From Minisyncoccota bacterium (GTDB lineage Bacteria; Patescibacteriota; Microgenomatia; PFEM01; JAFGMK01), in NCBI GenBank assembly GCA_016927565.1, contig JAFGMK010000008.1, positions 1,115-65,114 of the forward strand: DNA of 64,000 nt, read 5' to 3'. The stretch's first letter is position 1. Each line of letters opens with the position of its first letter. Positions 26,981 through 35,969 of the stretch are shown here, in pieces. The translations under genes were made by a program, and so were the position numbers. The notes under the pieces were generated by a model that worked only from the letters and a program-made list of their open reading frames with translations, was not told the origin of the DNA and did no database searches.

Positions 26981-27907
26981 ATGAGTCTTAAAGGCAATCA
27001 TCTAACCAATGTTTTCGATTTAAATCGTGAACAGATAGAGCTTATTTTCGAAACTGCCAAAGATTTAAAACGAAGACAGAAAATCGGCCAGCCTCATCAG
27101 TTGTTAAAAGGAAAATCTTTGGGCATGATTTTTCAGAAACCTTCCACCAGAACCCGGGTGAGTTTTGAGGTAGGTATGACCCAGCTTGGCGGCCATGCTC
27201 TTTACTTGGGACCCAATGATCTGCAGTTAAACCGCGGAGAAACTATTGCTGATACAGCCAAAGTCCTTTCCCGTTATGTTGATGGGATAATGGCCCGGGT
27301 TTTTTCGCATAATGATATTGTCAGTCTGGCAGAAAATTCGACGGTACCGGTTATAAATGGCCTGTCCGACAGGTTTCATCCCTGTCAGGCGCTGACTGAC
27401 CTTTTTACTATTTTGGAGAAATATCAATCATTTGATGGTTTGAAGGTCGGCTTTGTCGGGGATGGCGATAATAATGTGACCTACTCGCTCATGTATTTGT
27501 GTGCCAGGCTGGGAATTGACATCAGTGTTGGTTGCCCCCCGAAATACAATGTTAAGGACGAGGTCTTGGCTGTAGCTAAAAAGGAAGCTAACAAAACAGG
27601 AGCAAAAATTACCGTTACCCCGGATCCTGAAAAAGCTGTTGCCCTGGCTAATGTTATTTACACCGATGTTTGGGTTAGTATGGGGCGCGAAGATAAAGAA
27701 GAGCGGCTCAAAGCTCTCAAGCCCTATCAGGTAAATAACTTCTTGATTAAGAGGGCGGCTCGGCACGCTATCATTATGCATTGCCTGCCGGCTCACAGAG
27801 GAGAGGAGTTAACAAACGAAGTTATGGATGGACCTCAGTCGGTTGTTTTTGACCAGGCCGAAAATCGGCTTCATATCCAAAAAGCTATCATGGCCTTGAT
27901 GATGTAA
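26981..27907 (+). CDS. argF: ornithine carbamoyltransferase
   Basis: 308 aa. 'STRTRVSFE' carbamoyl-phosphate binding motif and 'HCLPAHRGEE' ornithine-binding motif. Confidence 0.8.
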   Translation: MSLKGNHLTNVFDLNREQIELIFETAKDLKRRQKIGQPHQLLKGKSLGMIFQKPSTRTRVSFEVGMTQLGGHALYLGPNDLQLNRGETIADTAKVLSRYVDGIMARVFSHNDIVSLAENSTVPVINGLSDRFHPCQALTDLFTILEKYQSFDGLKVGFVGDGDNNVTYSLMYLCARLGIDISVGCPPKYNVKDEVLAVAKKEANKTGAKITVTPDPEKAVALANVIYTDVWVSMGREDKEERLKALKPYQVNNFLIKRAARHAIIMHCLPAHRGEELTNEVMDGPQSVVFDQAENRLHIQKAIMALMM

Positions 27908-27976
27908 GAATTCAAAACAGAGGGCGGTCCAAAAAAGAAGGAACAAGCTGGCTGGGGCGGATTGTTTTTACTGTCT

Positions 27977-30931
27977 TTACTGACAATTCTTTCCCCATTC
28001 CCTTATCACTTCTCCCAGGTCAATCCCGTTAACTTTGCGATCATTGTTAATGTCTTCGGCCAACCCCGACCCTGTTTTTCCCCAGGCGCCGATTACTTGG
28101 AGAAAATCAGCCAATCCTACCGACCCGTCGTTATTGACGTTGGCCAAACAAAGAGCGGGAGTGGGAGTAACAACCGGTCCTGAAGAATTTGCTTCAATCG
28201 TTGCCACTAGGTTTTGGATATAAAAAAGGTCTCCTTTTTCGAACCCGGGGACATCCAGATATTTAACCAGCTCCTCGTAAGATTCTTTAAGAATCAAAGC
28301 TTTAGCTTGGAAAACAGCGGGAACATCAAGCAGGTGCTGCAGACCGGATTCGTTGTTGCCGTCATCAAATTTGGACACAAACCAGCCCGGAGTAACATAG
28401 TTATATTCATCAACCGCTTCCTGGACTTTTGACAATGCATGTTGGTTCAGATAATCTCCCAGTTCGGGGACAAGATACAAGAAATTTCTGGCAGTATTCA
28501 TAACCAAAAGATAAACAGAATCCTGAGGGCCGCCACCGCCAAACTCATTGTCTTTTGAAAAATTTCCGATTCTTGCCTGCAATAAGCTGTTTAAGGTTGA
28601 TTGTCTGGAGCAGCTCTGGGGAATTCCCTGATTATTACTTCCGGTATTAACCAGTTCTTCAAGCTTGCAATAGCCAATATATCCGGCAATGTAAGCGTTG
28701 TGCATATAAGGGTAATCGGTGAGAAGATTATTGGAAGGCGGGGATTCAAGTTTGTTTTTAATCTGGTTAAAGACGGTGCTTGCTCCGCCAAATTCCTCTG
28801 CATATTTCCATAATGCATAAAAGTTATATTGAGGAAAGTCCCAAGACCAATCCGACACGTTTATAGCAGGTTCATAGTAATAACTGGAAGTTTTGGATCC
28901 GTAGCTGTTCATTCCCAGTTGAATCTCCGGCAAAGTCTCAAAAGCCTCTCTTTTGGAGCCGGTTGCCCAGCCGATTTGAGCAATCTGGTAGGGAGGGTAG
29001 TCTTCATATTCCTGTTGGATGTATGAGCGGGCCTGCTGTTGCAGTGAGGGAGATAAATGAGGCAGAGTCCTGATTAGAGTTTCTATGGTTTCGGCTGGAT
29101 TATGGAAATAGTGGATAAGGTTACGCGGACCCATACTGGGGTCAGGTATCCCGCCGCTGTGATATCCGGGCCGCAAATGACCGGCTTCAATCATTTTTTG
29201 CACCTCCGTCTCTAATTTTTCTTTTAGCCGGAAAACGGCAATTGGCGGTTGGTTTTGCCGGACATTGACTGGCCGGGCATTCGGCAGGGGATTGTGAGCG
29301 TTCCCGTTCGGCCCAAAGGCCAATAAGCCGTTATAAACATGGTAAAAAACTTTTCCTTTATAAGGAATTGGCGGGTTTTTAGGTTCACCGTAGATTCTGT
29401 TTTGACTTCTGTGTGTTTCGCTGGATGAATATCCCGGAGCAAGAGAATACAGATTATAAGTATAATAATTCCATACTCTTTCTCCGGAAGTAGTCGATAT
29501 ATCGATTGCTCCAGCTTCGCTTTCCCAATGCTGGAAGTAAATCAAATTTCCTCCGGCAGAGAAGGTGTGGAATTCATCATTGGGCATTCCGCTTTTCAGA
29601 TTGCTGATATATTTTGTCCCAAACTTCCAACCGACCACATGTCCCCGTCCGATCCATGGGTCAGAGATATAGTTGTTAAACTGATATAAAACGCCGTCGC
29701 TGCCGATCACCGGCGGATATCTATTGCCTCCATGGCTCCACCCCCCCCAGAGAAAAGGGGCATAATCGGGCAATCCGTCTGAGTCTGCGTCAAAAGTAAC
29801 TTCATTCCCGTTGGCTCTGTTTATGACAAAATAAGTTCTTTTCCACGGCTTATGATCGTTTCTTTCCAGGCCGGCGGGGTCGGAATCGGCTTCCTGGGCA
29901 GTTGGCTGCTCGTAATGATCGACTATTCTTTGGACATCGACAGTTTGTGTCCCGCTAACCCAATCGCCCGGTTGGGTTCCGTTTCCTTGAGGGTAACTGA
30001 CTAATTGCCCGTTGGGGATATTATTTGCGGTAAAAACTTCTCTAAGTTCAGTACCGTCAAATTTACTTCTAAGATCACTATATTGCAGCGTTAAGTCGGC
30101 AAAGTCTATCAGATAATTGTGGCTCCCGCCAAAAATGACATAATTTTGGTAAATTACCGGCCAGAAAGAATGAAATCCTGCTCCGGGTAATTTTGGTGAT
30201 TTCCAGACTCTGGCTCCGGTAGTTGCATTTAAAGCATAAGCATGAGCATCATTAGCGGCAAAGTAGATGACATTATCTGCGTAAGCCGCAGAAAAGAGAA
30301 TCGGTCCGCCGGTTTGGTGCGACCAGAGCAAACTGCCGGTTGTGCTGTTTAAGGCATACATTTTGCCGTCGCGGTTTCCGACATAGACGATATTATTAAC
30401 CACCAGGGGATTAGTTTCGAAACCTGCTTCAGCTTGATCAAAGATCCAAATGATCTTGTTGTTAATGCGATAGCCGGTTTCGCTGTCTACTGGCAATGAA
30501 GAAAGGCTGGGTTTGGCTTCAATGGCGTGAACCTTTTTGTCATATCCTCCCACATACAGCCTGCCCTCAACAACGGTGGGTGATTGGCCGAGAGGCAGTT
30601 CGGTGGGATAAACCCAGGCGATATCGCCATTACTGGCATTCAGAGCGTAAAGCCCTCTTGCTGTAGACAGATAAACCAAATCATTAGCGGCGATTACCTG
30701 TATCTTCCCATTAACATAGGGATTAATTGGCCGATACCAAACAGGGGATAATGTGCCTCTCACCTCTTCGGCTGTCCAGGATATTCTTTGCGGATTGGCG
30801 CCGGACATGGCCCAATTCTGTTCCCACCAGGAAGAACTTTGAGCTGCGGCTTGATTGGAAAAAGCGACAAACAGAACGGCTGTTATTAAACAAATTCTAA
30901 TTTTCATAGGGCCTAACTCCCGCAACCCCAA
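27977..30931 (-). CDS. secreted PQQ-repeat beta-propeller protein with C-terminal dockerin-like module (paralog of 14797-17643)
   Basis: 984 aa with a signal peptide. 'YALNASNGDIAWVYPTE', 'YALNSTTGSLLWSHQT', 'YALNATTGARVWKS'. C-terminal 'NVNNDGSVGLAD...DINNDRKVNGID'. Confidence 0.7.
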   Translation of the reverse strand: MGLRELGPMKIRICLITAVLFVAFSNQAAAQSSSWWEQNWAMSGANPQRISWTAEEVRGTLSPVWYRPINPYVNGKIQVIAANDLVYLSTARGLYALNASNGDIAWVYPTELPLGQSPTVVEGRLYVGGYDKKVHAIEAKPSLSSLPVDSETGYRINNKIIWIFDQAEAGFETNPLVVNNIVYVGNRDGKMYALNSTTGSLLWSHQTGGPILFSAAYADNVIYFAANDAHAYALNATTGARVWKSPKLPGAGFHSFWPVIYQNYVIFGGSHNYLIDFADLTLQYSDLRSKFDGTELREVFTANNIPNGQLVSYPQGNGTQPGDWVSGTQTVDVQRIVDHYEQPTAQEADSDPAGLERNDHKPWKRTYFVINRANGNEVTFDADSDGLPDYAPFLWGGWSHGGNRYPPVIGSDGVLYQFNNYISDPWIGRGHVVGWKFGTKYISNLKSGMPNDEFHTFSAGGNLIYFQHWESEAGAIDISTTSGERVWNYYTYNLYSLAPGYSSSETHRSQNRIYGEPKNPPIPYKGKVFYHVYNGLLAFGPNGNAHNPLPNARPVNVRQNQPPIAVFRLKEKLETEVQKMIEAGHLRPGYHSGGIPDPSMGPRNLIHYFHNPAETIETLIRTLPHLSPSLQQQARSYIQQEYEDYPPYQIAQIGWATGSKREAFETLPEIQLGMNSYGSKTSSYYYEPAINVSDWSWDFPQYNFYALWKYAEEFGGASTVFNQIKNKLESPPSNNLLTDYPYMHNAYIAGYIGYCKLEELVNTGSNNQGIPQSCSRQSTLNSLLQARIGNFSKDNEFGGGGPQDSVYLLVMNTARNFLYLVPELGDYLNQHALSKVQEAVDEYNYVTPGWFVSKFDDGNNESGLQHLLDVPAVFQAKALILKESYEELVKYLDVPGFEKGDLFYIQNLVATIEANSSGPVVTPTPALCLANVNNDGSVGLADFLQVIGAWGKTGSGLAEDINNDRKVNGIDLGEVIREWGKNCQ

Positions 30932-33579
30932 TCGCCAATCGCAATTATCAAATCAAAACCGTTTACTTTTCCATCATCGTTTAAATTTTCTTTTAAGTCA
31001 ACCCCTTCTCGGCCCCAAGAAGAAATAATCTGATAAAAATCATCGGCATTAACCTGGCCATTATTATCTACGTCACCGCGGCAGACAGGATTTGTCGGAA
31101 ATATTGCCTTGGGAATCAGTTTAATTGCCAGATCAGCCTCAAGATTATTAATAGCGAGGCTTATTTGGCCTGAGTTGGAAATTGATTTTGTTTCCTGATT
31201 GGTTTTTTGGCCGGTTCGGGTATTCCACCATTCCAAGTCGTATTCACCACTAAGAAGCCCGCTAATGGTTAAAGTGCTGCTGACTGGTGAAGACTGAGGA
31301 TTGGTCCAGGTATGATTGCGATTATCTATCCATAACAGCATCCGGCCGTCACGGTTGCTTTTAACTCCCCAGGCCCTGATGTTTGAGTTGCTGGTATTGA
31401 TCTGTTGACCGTTTTCTAAATCAGTGCCTATTTCAGTAAAACTGCCATTATTGACCGGCTCGCCTTTCATAAAAGTTTCGTAAGCCTGGAACATTTTGAA
31501 AGTATTAGCTTGGGTGTTGGGGTATTGGCAGCCGGCTTCGGCATCCCAGCTGCTACAATCCTTAAACATTCTGGGATACCATTCTCCGTCACAGCTGGAT
31601 CCCAGAATACCGATGTGAGCCCAAAGTTTTTTATGATACCAGAGACCTTGAGGTTCTTTCTGGACTTCGGGGTGCTGCGGGTCAGTTCCGGAAGCGGCTA
31701 CTCCGCCTTCCCCTTTTATAATTGGTTTTAAATAGCCTGAATTTCTATAGCCCCGGAAAAGATTGAAACATTCTCTTACATAGGCAGCTGAATCTTGCCA
31801 AATATTGCTGATGGCTCCGGATGAGCCGTTTTGCTGGCTGTATAAATGCTGATCTGAGTAATCAATCAGGTATTTTTTTTCCGGATTGTTGAAAAAATCC
31901 CCAATCCAATAGCCCCAAAAAGAGTTGGTCATCATTACATGACGGGGTGATAAATCATGAACAAGACCGGCCAAGTGCCAGGCTGAGTCAAAAGAAAGGA
32001 TCCTGCCGGATCCCCGAGGGTCTTCATACCAGCCGCTTTCATTGCATAATTCCAGAGAATGGATTGAGGGGGAGTATGACCAGCGGCCGATAAAGTAGCG
32101 GGCATAAGCGTCTTCGTACCAGCGGGCTGCTTGGCCGTCGGCAGAGTAAAAATTCACCGGGCATTCTCCCCAGTCACAGCGGTAGGAATCACCGAAACTT
32201 CCGTCGGGCTGAAAATGGTTCAGAACCCGATCGTTTTTTTCGAAAACAGTCAATTTATGGTAAACCCCGTATCTTTCGGAAAGTTTCAGAGCTTCATCCA
32301 GTCTGGCGGCACTGGGTTGATCAACATATAAATGAGTGTCCGGGTCGCCTCTGGTTAACAGGTTCGGTCCCCAATCGCCGCGGCCGGTTTCGTCGCGTTG
32401 AAGGACCATTGAGTGGAGCCTGATTGAACCCTCGGCAGAGGCGTTAAAAGGTGAAGGTGCTTCTGCGGAAACATAAAGACCGCGGACTCCGGCTGTCAGA
32501 CTGCTGTTTGAATTGTTTATCGTTAATGAGTAGTCATGCCAGCCGCTTTGCTGATAGGCACACTGGAAACCATTGGCTTTATGGATTGTGTTGGTTTCCG
32601 AGCAGATGTCCAAGTAAGAATTGCCTAATTGGAGCCTCATTACCTTCTGCCCTTCAACCCGGCCTCGGAAGCTAAAGCGGTATTGGCTCCGTTCTGCCGG
32701 AATCTGCTGGGTCGAATAATAATAAGGCCGGAAGCTGACTTTTTTGCCGCTGGCAGTGTCGACGATATCAAATCGTTCCCGGCCTTCGCTAAAACCCCAG
32801 GCAATTCTGATCCAATCGCCGTAAGGAGCGATCATAAAATTGGCGCCTTCACCGGTGGGAAACCAGCGGATAAAACGGGCTCCGTTGTTGCCTAATTTGG
32901 CGATGTTTTGCCGGAGATCACTGAGGTCATTGAAAGGGTTGCCCTCTTCCATATTCAGAAGGGGACTGACAAACGGTTCGCCATTGGAAAATTCAAAAAA
33001 ACGGGAATCAGCCTGGGAGACTTTAAGATAGCCCTTGCAAAGATGTTCCTGGCTGGTGCAGGCTATCGTTTCAAAACTGCCGATTGCTGATTGAGCGCTG
33101 CCGGCAGCCTCAGTTACTTTAACTTGGTATTTCCAGCTGCCTTCTTCTTCCGGGGAAAAGCGGCAACGCCAATCAGCCGGCCCTTCCGGGAGTAAACTGA
33201 TATTGCTGCCACTTCCTACTTCCCGAACCGGTTGATAATAAAAACAGGGCGTTTTTTTGGCGTTTTGCCAGTTAACCTCTCCGGGTGGCAAGAATAAGGC
33301 ATCAACACTGACTCCGATGCCGGGTTCTATTCCGGCTGCCGGGTGAGGATCATAAGGGAAATAAGGATTAGTAAAATCAGTGTTTTCAAGATTGAAGCTG
33401 ATTTCGAACTTATTAAATTTTTCTATCTTGCCGGGAGTCTCTGCTTTAAGGTTGGTAAGTGATGGTGCTGCCAAGACGGAAGCCGGAAAGAAAAAAGAAG
33501 CAATGGAGAAGCAGGAAAATAAGATAATGAAGATTTTTGATCTCGCTTGATTATAATTGTAATTTACTGATAACTTCAT
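30913..33579 (-). CDS. secreted large protein with putative glycoside-hydrolase-like region and C-terminal dockerin-like module
   Basis: 888 aa with a signal peptide. C-terminal 'DVDNNGQVNADD...NLNDDGKVNGFD'. 19-nt overlap with the downstream paralog gene. Confidence 0.55.
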   Translation of the reverse strand: MKLSVNYNYNQARSKIFIILFSCFSIASFFFPASVLAAPSLTNLKAETPGKIEKFNKFEISFNLENTDFTNPYFPYDPHPAAGIEPGIGVSVDALFLPPGEVNWQNAKKTPCFYYQPVREVGSGSNISLLPEGPADWRCRFSPEEEGSWKYQVKVTEAAGSAQSAIGSFETIACTSQEHLCKGYLKVSQADSRFFEFSNGEPFVSPLLNMEEGNPFNDLSDLRQNIAKLGNNGARFIRWFPTGEGANFMIAPYGDWIRIAWGFSEGRERFDIVDTASGKKVSFRPYYYSTQQIPAERSQYRFSFRGRVEGQKVMRLQLGNSYLDICSETNTIHKANGFQCAYQQSGWHDYSLTINNSNSSLTAGVRGLYVSAEAPSPFNASAEGSIRLHSMVLQRDETGRGDWGPNLLTRGDPDTHLYVDQPSAARLDEALKLSERYGVYHKLTVFEKNDRVLNHFQPDGSFGDSYRCDWGECPVNFYSADGQAARWYEDAYARYFIGRWSYSPSIHSLELCNESGWYEDPRGSGRILSFDSAWHLAGLVHDLSPRHVMMTNSFWGYWIGDFFNNPEKKYLIDYSDQHLYSQQNGSSGAISNIWQDSAAYVRECFNLFRGYRNSGYLKPIIKGEGGVAASGTDPQHPEVQKEPQGLWYHKKLWAHIGILGSSCDGEWYPRMFKDCSSWDAEAGCQYPNTQANTFKMFQAYETFMKGEPVNNGSFTEIGTDLENGQQINTSNSNIRAWGVKSNRDGRMLLWIDNRNHTWTNPQSSPVSSTLTISGLLSGEYDLEWWNTRTGQKTNQETKSISNSGQISLAINNLEADLAIKLIPKAIFPTNPVCRGDVDNNGQVNADDFYQIISSWGREGVDLKENLNDDGKVNGFDLIIAIGDWGCGS

Positions 33580-33770
33580 CTTTTAAGAGATTGTAGTTCA
33601 TTATTTATTTTTAGACAATCCTCTTTTTTTGAGTAATTGCCCGATTTCTTGGACAAAAAACCAAAAATTTTCGAAAAACTTAACTTTTTCCGATGTGCTG
33701 AAATAAACCCACGCCGGGCGTAGAGGCAAAAATTAAAAAGTAATCTTTCTTACAGACTTCTTTCGGAATT

Positions 33771-33805
33771 TTGACTATCTTTGATAAATAGTTTTGATTT
33801 ATTCA
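33771..33805. promoter_or_regulatory. -35-like TTGACT plus imperfect inverted repeat TGATAAAT-N7-ATTTATTCA (Fur/PerR-box-like) ahead of the ferritin-like gene
   Basis: Read from the sequence: 'TTGACTATCTTTGATAAATAGTTTTGATTTATTCA'. Confidence 0.3.
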
Positions 33806-33822
33806 GAAAGGAGGTGAAAAAA

Positions 33823-34374
33823 ATGGCTAAAGTAGCAATTGATGTTGTTAAAAAATCCGGCGTTGATGTTGGCAAATTGTTGAAACTGTTGATCAAAAAT
33901 GCTTCTGCTGAATTGACAACGTACTATTATTACACCATTCTCAGGGCTAATTTAATCGGTTTAGAGGGAGAAGGTGTAAAGGAAATTGCCGAAACAGCGA
34001 GGATTGAAGACCGCAATCATTTTGAGGCCCTAATGCCTCGTATTTATGAGTTGGGAGGCAGATTGCCGGCCGATATGAAAGAGTTTCATGATTTGTCAGC
34101 TTGTCCGCCGGCCAGTCTTCCCGAAAAACCGAACGATACTAAAGCTCTGCTTAAAGTGTTAGTTGAGGCGGAAAGATGTGCGGTTTATGGCTATACCCAA
34201 ATCTGCAATATGACCGCCGGTAAAGATCATCGGACATACGATTTGGTTTTGGCGATTCTAAACGAAGAAATTGAACACGAATCGTGGTTTTCTGAATTTC
34301 TGGGCGAGGGGCCTTCGGGTCATTTCCTCCGCCGGGGAGAAACATCACCCTTTGTTTCGAAATTTCTCAAGTGA
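33823..34374 (+). CDS. ferritin-like diiron protein (Dps/bacterioferritin-like superfamily)
   Basis: About 183 aa from ATG 33823 with RBS AGGAGGTG. Paired 'E..H' motifs ('EDRNHFE', 'EEIEHE') typical of ferritin-like four-helix bundles. Confidence 0.6.
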   Translation: MAKVAIDVVKKSGVDVGKLLKLLIKNASAELTTYYYYTILRANLIGLEGEGVKEIAETARIEDRNHFEALMPRIYELGGRLPADMKEFHDLSACPPASLPEKPNDTKALLKVLVEAERCAVYGYTQICNMTAGKDHRTYDLVLAILNEEIEHESWFSEFLGEGPSGHFLRRGETSPFVSKFLK

Positions 34375-34610
34375 TGAATTGGGTTTGTCGAGCGCTCAAG
34401 CCTGTCTTGGGCGCTTTCAGCCTTTTCAAAAAAAGTTTATTTTGTCCGGATAGTCAAAAAGAATTCTTTTTTGGCTTTTGCTATAATCTTTCTTGAACGG
34501 GAAAGTTGCGAGAACGAAGAAATTTATGATTTTCCATTCCAATGAAAGACGCGGATTAATTATTAAAAAGATCAGAAAGGAGTTAATTATCTGATTCGGA
34601 AAATCCGGCG

Positions 34611-35858
34611 GTGGGAAAAATGACAGAAGAGGCTTTTATTCAGGAGAACGGGCTTTCGGGTAGTTGTTCCGAAGTGTTAGAAAAACCGGAAGGGCAGATC
34701 GAGGTGAGGAATTTGGCTCGATTGGGTCTGGTTCGCTTGGCGGCAACTACTTCCGCAGGCCGATCGGTAATTCTGCCGGAGCAGGTTTTAGCGATTTATG
34801 ATCTTCGTCCTCATCTTTCCCGAGCCGGAATCGCGCTTCAGTCCGGGGTTTCGGAAACAACTATTGAAACAGTTGAGATTAAAGCTAGAGCTTCCTTAGC
34901 TTGGGCAACTGATCATCTTCAGGGAGGAAATAGGCGAAAAGAAGGTTTGGGAAACCGGGGAAAGCAGTACTACGATCGATTGGAAAAACTCCAGGCCATG
35001 ACAGAAAGAATGGAGAGGATTATTGCTGAACCTCGGGTGAGAAACCATCTGGTAAAAATGCCGGTCTCTCTGGAATTGGCGCAAGCCTATGCCAGAGATC
35101 ATACGGTTGGATTCTTTTTGGCAGAAGAGGGGTTTGCCTCCCCCAAACCTTTAGTTAATCAATATAATAGCTCCGTCAGACATCTTTTGGGGCTATCGGG
35201 AACAGGAGAGATTAGAAGAAAAATCAAAATTGGCGATTTGTCTCGGCGAATCCTTTTTTCCCGTTGGCTTAATCACCGTGGTGCCGATTGGAGAGATGCT
35301 TTAGTCAGCCGGGCGGCGGTTGCAGTTTTCACCGATCCAACGGCGGATTTAACCCACAATGGCCAGAGCACTTTATCGGATATGCGGATTTTCTTAGAGT
35401 CGATGATCAGACTGGAATACCGGCAGCTGGAAAGGGACCCGATTTTTAGATTCGCTGATGAGTTTCGAGAGCTGTTTCCTGCTGGTTTGGAAACAGGAGG
35501 AAAAAGCTTTGAGGGTATTTCTATCCCCGGCAGTTATGGGGCTTATGATGTTCTTTATGACTCCTGCCCGACAGCAATAAAAGGATTTGCCCGTTTATAT
35601 ATCCAAAAATCTGATTGGCAGGCTCTTTTGAATTATATGGATTCCGGTTACATTTACGCATTATCAACTAGAAAAAAGGTTATATCAGCCGGAGGGCGGT
35701 TTTTGGAAAACGCTTTGTCGGCCACAGGACCCGGTGGCCATCTCGGAGTTAAGACGCTGGTTTATAACCGCCGGCGAGATTTAAAAAGGGCAGCTTATTG
35801 GGCCCAAAAATTAGCTGATAAAGATAAAAACAGTCAGGCGCAGCAAGACCTATCATAG
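34611..35858 (+). CDS. hypothetical protein (GC-rich ORF)
   Basis: 415-aa ORF. No motif recognised. Confidence 0.4.
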   Translation: MGKMTEEAFIQENGLSGSCSEVLEKPEGQIEVRNLARLGLVRLAATTSAGRSVILPEQVLAIYDLRPHLSRAGIALQSGVSETTIETVEIKARASLAWATDHLQGGNRRKEGLGNRGKQYYDRLEKLQAMTERMERIIAEPRVRNHLVKMPVSLELAQAYARDHTVGFFLAEEGFASPKPLVNQYNSSVRHLLGLSGTGEIRRKIKIGDLSRRILFSRWLNHRGADWRDALVSRAAVAVFTDPTADLTHNGQSTLSDMRIFLESMIRLEYRQLERDPIFRFADEFRELFPAGLETGGKSFEGISIPGSYGAYDVLYDSCPTAIKGFARLYIQKSDWQALLNYMDSGYIYALSTRKKVISAGGRFLENALSATGPGGHLGVKTLVYNRRRDLKRAAYWAQKLADKDKNSQAQQDLS

Positions 35859-35969
35859 ATCAGAGATTATTGAAAAATATCTTTTAAGCTGTAAAGATTG
35901 AAGAAGATTAAACCCTTTTAAGACACTGGGGTTTTCTTTTGAAATCAGAAGCAGTCAATAAGAGAATGG

